This document shows, in pieces, positions 11,470 to 24,000 of a stretch of DNA of 64,000 nt. Below the pieces are notes generated by a model that searched no databases, had not been told where the DNA came from, and saw only the letters and a program-made list of their open reading frames with translations. Position 1 is the stretch's first letter, and each line of letters begins with the position of its first letter. The DNA is taken from the NCBI GenBank assembly GCA_964016885.1, contig OZ024744.1, positions 41,354,001-41,418,000 on the forward strand, read 5' to 3'. This stretch comes from Eledone cirrhosa (taxonomy: Eukaryota). Made by a program: the position numbers and the translations under genes.

Positions 11470-13862
11470 TGATGGCAGACATATCGCTGAGGCTGAACAG
11501 ACTAAGACATTCTGGAGAGGAATATAGGAGCAGGATGTTGACATAATAGTCAGGCAGTGTGGATTGAGACAGTTCAAAAGAAGATTAGTGAACAAGCACA
11601 CCAACAACCTGATTTGAGTATCACAACTGAAACTCTTAAAAGGCAGGCCAAAAAACTAACCAAATGGAAATCACCAGGCCCAGATGGTGTGCAAGGGTAT
11701 TGGATTAAAAATATAACATCCCTCCACCCAAAACTGACAACCATGTTCAATGACTGCTTGATGTCGGGTGAAGTATCAAAGTGGTTGACAAAAGGTACCA
11801 CAGTTCTGGTAATGAAAGACCGAATCAAGAGTAATGATGTTACCAACTATAGACCTATCAAATGTCTGTCCATATTGTGGAAACTGTTAACAAGCATTGT
11901 GTCTGAGGAAATCTACTATCACCTCTACATAAACAACTTGTTACCAGATGAACAGAAAGGATACCGAAAGAAGTCCCCTGGTACAAAAGACAAGTTACTT
12001 ATTGATAAGATGATAATGAGGAATTGCAAAAGGAGGCACACTGGTCTTGCTATGGGATGGATAGACTACAAAAAGGCATTCGACATGGTACCTCATTCTT
12101 GGATAACCAAAATCCTAGAGATCTTCAAGGTGGCCAACAACATCAGAGAGCTATTAAGTAAAAGTATGAAGTCCTGGAAAAAAGAGCTAACATCCTTGGG
12201 AGGCGTGAAGATCAAGAGAGGTATTTCCAGGGAGATAGTCTGTCCCCTCTGTTGTTTGTCCTTACCCTCATACCCTTGTTCCTCATATTGCGAAAAGTGA
12301 GAGCAGGATACAAGCTGGTCAGAGGAGAGCTTACCATCAACCACTTCCTCTTCATGGACGATCTTAAGCTCTTTGGGAAGACTGAGAATGAGTTAGATGT
12401 ACTTGTTAACACTGTCAGTATTTTCAGCAATGATATATGTATGGAATTGGGTGTTAATAAGTGTGGAGTCCTAGTGATGAGGAGTGGTAAATTGAATAGA
12501 AGCAACGGAATCCAGGCACCAACAGGAGAGATGATAAAGGGAATTGACACTGAAGAGGGATACAAATATTTAGGTGTTCTGGAGGCAGATGACATCAAGA
12601 ACAATAAAGTGAAGGAATTGATAACATCTGAATACATAAGGAGAGTAAGGAATATACTAAAATCACATCTAAATAGTAGGAATGTCATAAGTGCAGTGGA
12701 TTCCCGAGCTGTGTCTATTATTGGGTACAGTGCGGGAATTCTGAAATGGAATGTTACTGAACAAAAAGAAATGGATAGGAAGACTAGGAAGCTATTGACT
12801 ATCTACAACATGTTCCACAAAAGGAGTGATGTCGATAGACTCTACTTAAAGATATCTGAAGGTGGAAGAGGTCTTATCAGCATAGAGGACTGTGTTCAGA
12901 TGGAGAAAAACAGTCTACACAAATACGTGTCTGACAGTAGGGAGCCAATGTTCAAAATTGTACTGAAGGAGAGGACAATAGATCAGGAGAAATCCAAGGA
13001 AGAAATAACAACAAGGAGAAAGAGCAGCCTTCATGAAAAATCCCTTCATATTACCTTCTTTAAATAAATGGAATTCAGAGATCCACAGGCATGGAACTGG
13101 TTAAAAAAAAAAGCTACAAAGGGAATACTAATGGCTTCACAAGAGCAGGCCCTCAAAACGAAGTGGTTGAAACACCATATTTACAAAGAGGAGGCTAGCC
13201 CACTGTGCAGGATCTGTGGAGAGAGAGAGGAGACTGTGGCTCACATTGTATCCGAGTGTAAACACCTAGCCCAGACTCACTATAAGGGCTTGAGACATGA
13301 TGTGATGGGCAGGGTGATCCACTGGCACCTATGCAAAGTAAACAATTTACCACATTCTGAGAAGTGGTATGGGCATAAGCCAGAGACGGTGATAGAAAAC
13401 GATCAGGTGAAGTTGCTGTGCGATTTTAGGATACAAACAGACAAGAAACTGGAACACAATAGACCTGACCTGGTGGTTTTGGACAAAGAAAAAAGATCGT
13501 GCCTGATTGTGGATGTGGCCTGCCCATTCGACACGAGAGTGCAAGAGAAGGAGAGGGAGAAAATGAACCGATACCAGGACTTAAAGTGGGAGGTAAAAAG
13601 GATTTGGAACTGCCATGAAGTCAAAGTGATCCCGATTGTCATAGGCGCACTAGGGACTATCTCAAAAAGTTTCCAGGGATGGTTAAAGAAAATTGGCCCC
13701 TTCACGCTTTTTGGAATGCTTCAAAAGGCATGCTTGCTGGGAACAGCAAGAACCCTCCGATACATCCTGAATATCTGAGGCTGCAGGTAGTGACTTGATA
13801 TTCATTTCAACAAACTTTCCAGTTAAATAACATCAATGACTGAGACTCAAAGAATAATAATC
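11470..13862 (+). mobile_element. R4/Dong-like LINE (RT + CCHC + restriction-like endonuclease), frameshifted and 5'-truncated
   Basis: KSPGPDG, NYRPI, IDYKKAFDMVPH, FMDDLK, YKYLG, GGRGL, CRICG..ETVAHIVSEC..RHD..RPDLVV..DVACP; stop at 13778; short (AAT)n tail. Confidence 0.92.
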
Positions 13863-13869
13863 AATGGAA

Positions 13870-14355
13870 ACTGTGCACTAAATGGGAGCAAAAACCACTG
13901 CATGGCCAATATATTCTCTGTAGCAAAGAACCTGATGTAGATCAAACTCTCACCCATCAGTGGCTGCAGAGTTTTGTTTTAAAGAGAGTGAGAGCTTCAT
14001 TTTGGTTGTTCAAGACCAGTGTCTCCCTATGTGCAACTTTCAAGCCAATGTGATCAGAAAAAGAACTAACCATAATGAGTATGTTAAAACCATAGACCAC
14101 CTGGTTTCAGGCTGCAAAGTATTAGCATCCCAGGAATATAAAATGAAGTGTGATAGGGTGGGGCAATATTTACACTGAGTAATATGTAGGTTTTATGGTA
14201 TAAAAACAGGAGGAAAATGATATAACCATCACCCACATGCAGTAACAGGAAGCAAGAATGTGACAGTCCTTTGGGACTTCTCTGTGAATACTGACAGAAT
14301 GATGAAGGCCAACAGACCTGATATAATTATGAAGGACCTTAAAAAGAATACATCT
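13870..14355 (+). mobile_element. Decayed R4/Dong-like 3' (endonuclease) fragment
   Basis: KPLHGQY, QDQCLP, TIDHLVSGC, LWDFSVNTDR..ANRPDII, with stops. Confidence 0.75.
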
Positions 14356-15129
14356 AGGAAAAATACAAATCTCATATCTACACCAAATTAATGGTTAAGT
14401 CAATTTCTTGTCTCTGATCCAATCATGATAGATTTTTTAAATACAAATGAGAAGAGGTTCTATGTGGTCATTTGATGTAGCAACCAAATTCTCTCAAAAT
14501 AACCTCTAGACAGCCTCAACCACTACTCCTATATACACCTTCCCAATTTCTAGACAGGCTCATTTTTGACAACTATCTGTTCAAATTAATTGTCATTGTT
14601 ACACTGTAACATTCTCTGTGCTGTTTTATGCATGTTTTATAATTACATTTTCTTGATACATCTGTAATAATTTGCATTTGTTTTTGTTATTCAGTTATTT
14701 ATGTTATCATTGTCTTTGCTGCTGTTATTCTTCTTTCTTTGGTCCAATTGCTTCTTTCTACAAGAAAGTTGTCCTGATGAGATGAAGTTGGTGATCTGCA
14801 ACAAACTATGAGTTCTATATTAGAGTGTGGAGCATGTCTGCAAACCTGTCAGTTTGTCAACAGCATAGTTTTCCTCTGAGTTTGGAGCCCAAGTATTTGG
14901 CATTATAGGTCCATGTGGCTGGCTGGCCAAATAGCATTCTTATGCATTTTTCAGCTATGAATATGTGGAAAAAAACAAACATTTCTTGAATCACCAAACA
15001 TCTCATATCAACATATAGCTTGTTTCAGTAGAGATCAAAACAATATTGATTCACAAAATGAAAAACACCAGGTACCAACAAAGCTGCATGTAAATAATCT
15101 GTTTACTAGCAATGCATATACCCCTTATG

Positions 15130-15425
15130 AAGGTATGTGGCATAGTGATTAAGGTGCTGGGCTCATAATCATAAGGTTGAGAATTTGATTCTTGGACTGG
15201 CAGTACTTTGTGTTCTTGACCAGGACATTTTAATTTTCACATTGCCTCTGAGCATTCAGCTGGAAAAATTGAGTTGCTCCTGTAATTCAAGAGGCCAGCT
15301 TTGTCACACATTATTTCAGGCTGAATCTCCTTGAGAACTACGTTAAGGGCACATGAGTCTGTGAAATGCTCAGCCACTTATATATTAATTTCAGGTAGTT
15401 CCACTGACTGAACCAACAGGAGAAC
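15130..15425 (+). mobile_element. Old tRNA-derived SINE
   Basis: Diverged tRNA-like head (GGCATAGTGATTAAG..AAGGTTGAGAATTTGATTC) plus body GCTGAATCTCCTTGAGAACTACGTTAAGGG. Confidence 0.6.
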
Positions 15426-15832
15426 ATGTCATCAGAAATAACAGGGGACCAACAACAACCCCTCCTTTACTTTCTACTAGATTGTCAGTTTATCAGGAAT
15501 GTAATCGTATCTTTAACAGAGAATCAATCAGAAAGAATGTATAGTTGTAAAGAACAGGTTCTAAAGAAAAGTAGAGCTCACATTCTCTGTAAGAGACATT
15601 CAGTCCAACAGCACAACTCTGTTGTGTATACATTTCTGAATTATCACCTCCTAAATGCTTTAACAAAACCACATACAGAACATACATTTATGCATCACAA
15701 TCACCACCAAATAAAATAACACAACTCACATAATATATTCTACTCACACAAAATAAAAAGAAAGAACTAGAACAAAAATCAGAAACAAAAAAACCCTAAA
15801 ACACAGTAAAGTATTGAGTGACATGCAAACAC

Positions 15833-15922
15833 CTTCCTATATTTCCCAAAGAACAATACTTCGTGGATCTTAGGAATATTAAAGGAGGTGCACTTGATGG
15901 TGTAATAGAATCTTGCATAAAA
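15833..15922 (-). CDS. Candidate 90-nt internal exon of an unidentified host gene
   Basis: tttccaatAG|...AAG|GTgttt; open in phase 0 (FYARFYYTIKCTSFNIPKIHEVLFFGKYRK); sequence not repeated in the window. Confidence 0.35.
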
Positions 15923-16106
15923 CTATTGGAAACAAATGATAACACTAATAATAATAATTGTTTCTACTTTAGGCACAAGGCCAGCAATTACCCAGTGCAT
16001 TACTGGTACTTTATTTTATCGACCCCCGTAAGGATGAAAGGCAAAGTTGACCTCGGCGGGATTTGAACTCAGATCGTAAACACTAATAATAATAATAATA
16101 ATGATA

Positions 16107-16139
<33 letters not shown>

Positions 16140-16540
16140 CTGAAACTAATAATACAACAACAACAGCAACAATAATAATAATAGTTTCTGATTTAAGCAC
16201 AAGGGCAGCAATTGTTTTTGTGTCAGGCAATGGAAAGTCAATTAAATCAATCCCAGTGCATTACTGGAACTTTATTTTATTGACCCTGTAAGGACAAAAG
16301 GCAAAACTACCCTCAGCGGGATTTGAATTCAGAACGTAGAGAGATATAACTCTATGCTGCAAAACATGGTTGTTTTCTTTATTGATATATTTATAAGTAA
16401 TTTTCTCTCCATTCTCTAAAATTCTAATAAATTCTGAACATGCAAAATTTTGTGAAGTAGTTAGAGAAAAATAAAAATGTAAAAATAATTCAGCAATTTC
16501 TAAAGTAAGTTGAAACAAACACACACATATATATATGTAT

Positions 16541-17135
16541 ATGAATGTATGTATAGTATATTTGGCAATATACCATATGTTTAATTAAAAACATTTTGAA
16601 GACGTTGCACTATCATTTTTAAAGTAGTGACCATGTCACTGTGAAACAGAATCTGTCAGCTTCTCTCCCTTCCTTTTCCAAATAAAGAAGTTAGTGACAT
16701 AGTCACTACTTTATAAATGATAGCGCAAGGTCTTCAAAATGTTTTTAAGCATACGGTATATTGCCAAATATACTATACATACTTTCATGTATACATCGCT
16801 ATTTCAGAGCACCCATAATAATTTTTAATTTTTGCTGGACTGGCAATCGTTCTGTATAATCAGTTCCTGATTATTACTGGAATTCTATAAGAATCCAGCC
16901 TCTATAATTTTCGGCAGAGGCGGGGAGTACTTTGCTCTGAGGATCACCAACAGTGTGAAACAATCTGTCAGCTTCTCTCCCTTCCTTTGCCAAAAAAAGA
17001 AGTAAGTGGCATAGTCACTACTTTAAAAATGATAGCGCAAGGTCTTCAAAATGTTTTTAATTAAACATACGGTATATTGCCAAATATACTATACATACAT
17101 TCATGTATACATTGCTTTTTCAGAGCACCAATCCT
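16541..17135 (+). mobile_element. Non-coding Penelope/retrozyme-like module: inverted segment plus partial tandem repeat
   Basis: 16541-16640 is an inverted copy of 16693-16788. 16641-16813 is directly repeated at 16955-17130. Contains a hammerhead and is flanked by (TA)n. Confidence 0.75.
16934..16972 (+). ncRNA. Type I hammerhead ribozyme motif
   Basis: GCT-CTGAGGA-tCAC caaca GTGt-GAAAC-aatct-GTC-AGC: all core nucleotides present; stem I GCT/AGC extended by GGGAG/CTCCC. Confidence 0.75.
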
Positions 17136-17149
17136 AATTTTTATATATG

Positions 17150-17182
<33 letters not shown>

Positions 17183-18028
17183 AAAAAAAAGTTACTTTTG
17201 TTTCATTAGTTTTTTCAACACAAGGGATTATTTCATGACTAAGCTACTTGTTAATCCTGGGAACATTGTTTTGTGTATCGCTATTCATGAACAAAGATTT
17301 TTACATCATTCAGTGAAGAAGACAGGCAAACATTAATACTTTAAGATTTACTCTGTCAGATGCTTTCTTTATGCAAACAGGAAAGATAAAATAAATACTA
17401 CTGAAAATAATAAAGAATAATGAAAAAGTAATACAAAATAATGATGAACAATGTACAACTTATTCAATCCACAAGAAGATGTTTATGATATTTGGACAAG
17501 CAAACACGAAAGAAACCTAATAAAATTGTTATTCAGTACAGCAACATCAAGTGTTTTATAACCATTTTACCCATGCTAAAACAGGGTTAGCTTTGTAGGC
17601 CCAATGACAAACTTCTCAATTTTATTTCTATTGGCTGTATATGTCTCCCTCACCAACTCTCTGGCATTGATTTCTTCCATTTTCTTTCACCATGTCTTCT
17701 TTGGTCTTCCCCATCTTCTACTTCATTCTACATTCATTTCACCCAGTTATTTTCATCCTTCCTCAAAACATGACCCAACCTCTCAGTAATGGAGTCTATG
17801 TATAAGGATAAAATTGTTATTCAAAGCATAACTGTTGTTGGGGATGGAGAGAAAAATACCCAGGGATGCCTGCTGCATGGAAATTTAAAGTAAAGTAAAC
17901 ACTAAGATATTTAATGTAACAAATGAAGCCATTTTAGTTAAAGATTACACCCTAAATGGTGAGAACAATAATTATCTTAATTCTCTTTTTTTTTCTGTAA
18001 AGTGGAGCCACAATTAGATGCACCCAGC

Positions 18029-18317
18029 CAGAGGCGTAAGTAGGGAAAATAGCGCCTATGGTAAGCAGTGAAATTGTGCCCTTGCCCAGCACTGTATTTT
18101 TACCGATGGGCCTAATAATTCATATAAATGGTTTAATAATCTAGCCACCATAATGTTCTCACCCATGATAATCAGAAACAGATCATGCAGTTTCTTTTTT
18201 CACTCTTCGACGAGGGTTATTTGACTATAATAGAACATGCTCCTAGTCCTAGTGGTGCCCCCTTCATATGGCGCCCATGGCACTTGTCATGCTTGCAATA
18301 TGCTAGTTATGCCTTTG
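18029..18317. mobile_element. Non-autonomous hAT-like MITE
   Basis: Imperfect TIRs CAGAGGCGTAAGTAG / CTAGTTATGCCTTTG; 8-bp TSD CACCCAGC / CACCCAGT. Confidence 0.8.
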
Positions 18318-18623
18318 CACCCAGTACACTCTGTAAAGTGGTTGTTGTTAGTAAAGGCATTGAGCCATAGAAACCAAGCCAATTATGGAATATATGAGCA
18401 AGTCATGGTCCCTGGACTCTGATGACCCGAGTATGAGGATGAGTTGAAGAGGGGAGTGTACATGAGTGCTGAATCCTCAGCTTCCAGCTTTGGATAGGTC
18501 AAGAGAGTGTTTGAGCACCTGCATTAGAATCAGCAGTTTATATTGCATCACTAGTTCTGCACTGTGCCTACAGCTAAAGCTTGTAATATTCCATTGTTCA
18601 AAGTTGATTTGATACCAGGAATT

Positions 18624-18662
<39 letters not shown>

Positions 18663-19617
18663 TCTATTTTATTATTCTGGAGAGAAGGAGTCTGTTCTTG
18701 GTCTTTGCTTGCCCTCTGGGACTACTGGTCAGATTGATAAAGTTAATGTTCTATCAGCTATCAATTCTGAACTATTCAAGAGAATAATTAACTATGTTTC
18801 AGAAGATGACCATCCAAACATGATCCATCTATCCATCCATGAGTATTCCCTTAAAAAACAAAAGAAAATCAGACGTTATATATCTAGAACTACATTAAAC
18901 AACATGTACTCCCATATCTTCAAGCCAGTGGGATGGGATGTGATTTGCAGGAGAATATGGCTGTTGTTTCTAGCATGTCAAATAATTAGAATTACAGAGA
19001 GTGAGTGTGGGGGCGGGTGAGATAGAAAGGAAAAGAGAGTAAAAGAAAGAGAGAGAGAAAGAGAGGGAGAGAAAGAGGGAGAGAGAGAGAAAGAGAGAGA
19101 GAGAATAGAGAGAAAGAAAGAGAGAATAGAAAGTGAGAGAGAGAAAGAGAGGGGTGCTACCTCATTGACTCACTCAGATATGTTCCTGTTGTCAATGCTA
19201 TGTAATTTTTTTTAAAATTATTTATTTCATTTCAACACCCATTTGGTCTACCACAAATTTTTCTCTTTTCAATCCAAATTTTTATTTATTCATTTATTTA
19301 TTCATTTGATCCTGTTTAACTAATAAATGACATGTGTACGATGCTGTACAACTTCCTCTTTCTAATTCAACTCATAAAATTCTTGTCTAACTAAAACTGT
19401 CAGCATTATCTCCCTTCATTACTCTCCCTCTCTCTCTCCATCTATTCTTCCTTATTTGCTCCTCTCTCCTCCCCCACCTCTGTTTCCCTATTACTCTCTT
19501 ATTCTACCAACTTATTTTATCATTTTTTTGTTAATTTGTTGATTAAACATAGTCATTACAGCTGCTTGGAATAAACATGTCTACAGCTCTGAATTTCTGC
19601 CCATCCATTCAAATATA

Positions 19618-19800
19618 ATTGTTTCTACTTTTGGCACAAGGCCAGCAATTACCCAGTGCATTACTGGTACTTTATTTTATCGACCCCCGTAGGGATGAAA
19701 GGCAAAGTTAACCCGGCGGGATTTGATCTCAGAATGGCAAGGGCCGTAACTCTATGCGTCAAAGCATGGCGCCTGACCCTCTACCGATACACCCAATCCA
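19618..19800 (-). mobile_element. SINE family 2, full length
   Basis: Family 2 consensus; flanked by direct repeat CATCCATTCAAATATAAT (probable TSD). Confidence 0.85.
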
Positions 19801-20094
19801 CATCCATTCAAATATAATGCTCAATAACTGGTGTCACTAATAAAAAGGTGAGGAAATGTGTGTGTATGTGTGTGTGTGTGCGTGAGTGTGCATGTCTGTG
19901 AGCGTATGCATGCCCAAATTGATCACACATCCTCAACTAACATTGTGGAATATGAAATTATATGTATATATCATACATATCAATGATTGTAAAATTTTAC
20001 AAAAGGCCAATATGTATATCATCATCATCGTTTAACGTCCATCTTCCATGCTAGCATGGGTTTGGAAATATATATGTTTGTGTGTGTGTGTGAA

Positions 20095-20380
20095 AAGTAA
20101 ACAGAAAAAACACAACAGACAATGAAGTAAATGAGTATATATATTAGTTTCATGCTTGATATAGTAGGAAAAGTCTTAAATTTCGGACGTGAGTCCTTTA
20201 TCAGAAAATAGAATGAGAAATTAAAGAATAAATAGAAAGATAGAGGAGAGTGCGCAGTGAAAGAAATGAAAAACAAAAATTGTGTTTTATGGAACTTTAC
20301 CTGTATACAATTACAGGTCATTGACAAGGAAAATATGGGAGATAGTTCTGGATCCGTTTTATAAACACTATGTATTGGGA
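20095..20380 (-). mobile_element. Penelope-like terminal fragment with hammerhead-like core
   Basis: Minus strand CTGATAA-A-GGAC-TCAC-GTCC-GAAAT-TTAAGAC at 20174-20204; homologous to 420-542. Confidence 0.5.
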
Positions 20381-20389
20381 GCAAGTATA

Positions 20390-21000
20390 ATAGTGTTCTG
20401 GCGGGCTGTTAGGCTGTAATTTTTAGCAAGGGTTGTTGGCTATTTTGGGGAATGAAGAGAGTAGTGGCAGTTGTTGGCCATTGAGGTGGATCTTGTGTGC
20501 CCTTGATATTTTCTCCATACAACCGTATGAGATGTTGCTGATAAAAGATGAGATTCTTAAGTTAGTAACCTGTTATGAGGTCTGAGGATCTCCTGGGGAT
20601 TTTCTGTGTTTAAAATGTTCCAGTATTGTGCTTTCTATGTCATATTGCTTTTGCTGGACATGCTGGCAGTAGTCCTACTCCAGTTCTTTTAGCTATACAG
20701 CTTGTTCATCACACTCACTATTTGTTTCCCATATAGATCTCCAGTAGCTCTCAACTTCATCTTTTGTAAGTGCGTCTTTTACAGAGATTGAACCTATCAC
20801 ATTGAAGTTGCGATAGACAGACTTGGGATTTCTGACAAATAATCTACTCAGTATTTGCTGTTTATAAACTGTAGATTTATATTTAAGTTTTTCAGTTGTG
20901 GATGTGGATTGTTATTTCATTTGGGGTAGTTTGGAGTTTAGGGTTATAAATACTGTATCTCCATATCCTCTTTCTAGTTTTTTATTAAGTTTTTCTGTCA
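20390..21000 (-). mobile_element. Heavily decayed R4/Dong-like RT N-terminal fragment
   Basis: Remnants RLFVRNPKSVY, EVESYWRSIWG, KSPG, LKNL, AKNY, with many stops. Confidence 0.55.
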
Positions 21001-21084
21001 AGTAAAATTGTTATCTGTGTTACATTTCATAATTCCAACTTTTGAACATTATATATGTATGTATGTGTGTATGTATGTATGTAT

Positions 21085-24000
21085 GGTGCTATTGGTAACA
21101 TGTATCCCAGTACAACCTGTCTCATGGTCGGGTCGTTGGCGACTAAACTGGCAACCCCACCAAGGTTTCTTGGTGAGGAGGGTGACTTCGGACATCCTGC
21201 AGGACTAAAATCAAAACCTGTCAAAGGGCAAAGGAGCTCTTAAGAGTCAATGGCCATCCAAAATCACCGGGAGAGATGACCCCTTAGCCTTTGTCAAGGC
21301 AGAATACTAGGAGAAGGAAAACTCTGATATAACACCTGCAACTCTGATGGTATCCAATGATGTTGACTTGTTCTTCTTTTTGGTAAATATCATCTTGGTT
21401 AAGAGAGTGGGATTGGCTTTGTGCAGTGCCTTTGCTCACTATAAAAGCTTCACGGCACAGGCATTGCTTTATATCTGGAGATCTCTCTGCACTTGTCGTC
21501 CCATGTGTCAATAATTGTCACAAGTGTAGTGTTTGTACCAGAGTTTTCAAGTCGCTGGCTGGACTAAAAAGTCACACTCGTTCAGCGCATCGGTAGGGGT
21601 TCTCCTACATGGATATAAAGTAGTGGCTGTACTCGAAAACGAGTTGGCAGCCAACATGTATGTATGTTTACTTGGTGAGGAGGGTGATTTTGGACACCCT
21701 GCAGAACAAAAAACAAAACTTGACAAAAGGCGGAAGAACTCATAAGAGTCAACGGCCATCCAAAATTGTGTAAGTATGTATTTACTTATGTATATATGTA
21801 TATATGTATATATGTATATTTACATATGTATATATCTATATATGTATATATGTATATTTACATATGTATATATATAAAACACGCGGCTCAGTAGTTACCG
21901 ATGATATTGATGTTTTCTTCTTTTCGGTTTATAGCTACTGTCATTCAGAGAGTGGGATTGGCTCAGTGCACAATCTTTCCTCACTTTAAAAAAAATCTTC
22001 ACGCACAGGCATTTTATGATAACATTAATTGATAATTATCAATAATGTTATATTGTGCAATGGCCATACTCGATAACGAAGGGGCAGCTATCATGTATGT
22101 ATGTTCTTCTGGTTTTATAATTCCACAAATTTTTACCAAATAGAGAGAGAGTCGATTTCTAACATAGACACAAGACTCATTGGAATTCAGACATCAACTA
22201 GGTAGATATGTATGCATGCATGCATGTGTAGATATGGATGTTATTGTATGTGTGGATGTGTATGTTTTGAGTTGTATGTGTGCATGTGTATATGCTTTGT
22301 ATCTGTACATGTTTATATGCAGTTATTAGATGCAAAATTTCTGGAATGTTTTACATATTTTTACTGTTCCATTAATTGATTGTACTTGTAATTTCCTAAC
22401 TAGTTGTGTTCTTTCTGTTCCTGTGAAGCCTAGCTTCTCAAGATTTGTATTGAGGCAGTTACTAACATATCCCAGTGCCCCAATAATCACAGTACAAATC
22501 ACAGTGCCCAATAATCACAGGCTTAAATCTGAAGGTGTAATCAGGGTGGAGTATCTGCAGATTTCTCATCAGTTCTGCATAAATATTCTTCTTTTCGTTA
22601 ATCTTTGATATTATATTGGCATCTGCTGGGCAGCTAACTTCCACTACTGTGCATGCTTTCTTCTCCATGTCCTATATCATAATATGTATGTATGTATCAT
22701 GTATGTATGTATGTATGTATGTATGTATGTATGTCAGGTCACCACTTGGTGCTACTGGTAACATGTATTCCAGTACAACCTGTCCCATGGTCGGGTCGTT
22801 GGCGAATAAACTGGCAACCACATCAAGGTTTCTTGGTGAGGAGGGTGACTTTGGACATCCTGCAGGACAAAAAAAAAAACCTGTCAAAGGCCAAAGTAGC
22901 TCTTAAGAGTCAATGGCCATCCAAAATCACCAGGAGAGATGACCCCTTAGCTTTTGTCAAGGCAGAATTCTAGAAGGAAAACTCTGATATAACACCTGCA
23001 ACCCTGATGGTATCCAATGATGTTGACTTGTTCTTCTTTTTGGTAAATATCATCTTGGTTAAGAGAGTGGGACTGGCTTTGTGCAGTGCCTTTGCTCACT
23101 ATAAAAGCTTTACGGCACAGGCATTGCTTTATATCTGGAGATCTCTCTACACTTGTCGTCATATGGTACCATGGGCCCAGCACTATGTGTCAATAATTGT
23201 CACAAGTGTAGTGTTTGTACCAGAGTTCTCAAGTCGCTGGCTGGACTAAAACGTCACACTCGTTCAGCGTACCGGTAGGGGTTCTCCTACATGGATATAA
23301 AGTAGTGGCCGTACTCGAAAACGAGTTGGCAGCCACCATGTATGTATGTATGTATGTATGTTTGTATGTATGTATGTATGCATGCATGCATGTGTGTGGG
23401 TATGTATGTATATATGTATTTGTACGTATGCATGTATGTGTGCAAGTGAATGTGTGTATGTATATATGTATGTATGCATGTTCTTCTGGTTTTGTAATTT
23501 CACAAATCTTTGCCAATAGAGAGAGAGTCGGTTTCTAACATAGACACAAGACTCTCTCACTGAAATTTACACAACATCAACTAGGTAAATATGTATGTAT
23601 GTCTGCATGCATGTGTAGATATGGATGTTATTGTATGTGTGGATGTGTATGTTTTGAGTTGTATGTGTGCATATGTATATGCTTTGTATCTGTAAAAGTG
23701 TATATGCAGTTATAAGATGCAACATTTTTGAAATGTTCTACACATTTTTACTGTTCAACTAATGGATTGTACTTGTAATTTCCTAACTAGTTGTGTTCTT
23801 TCTGTTCCTGTGAAGCCTAGCTTCTCAAGATTTGTATTGAGGCAGTTACTAACATATCCCAGTGCCCCAATTATCACAGTACAAATCACAGTGCCCAATA
23901 ATCACAGGCTTAAATCTGAAGGTGTAATCAGGGTGGAGTATCTGCAGATTTCTCATCAGTTCTGCATAAATATTTTTCTTTTCGTTAATCTTTGATATTA

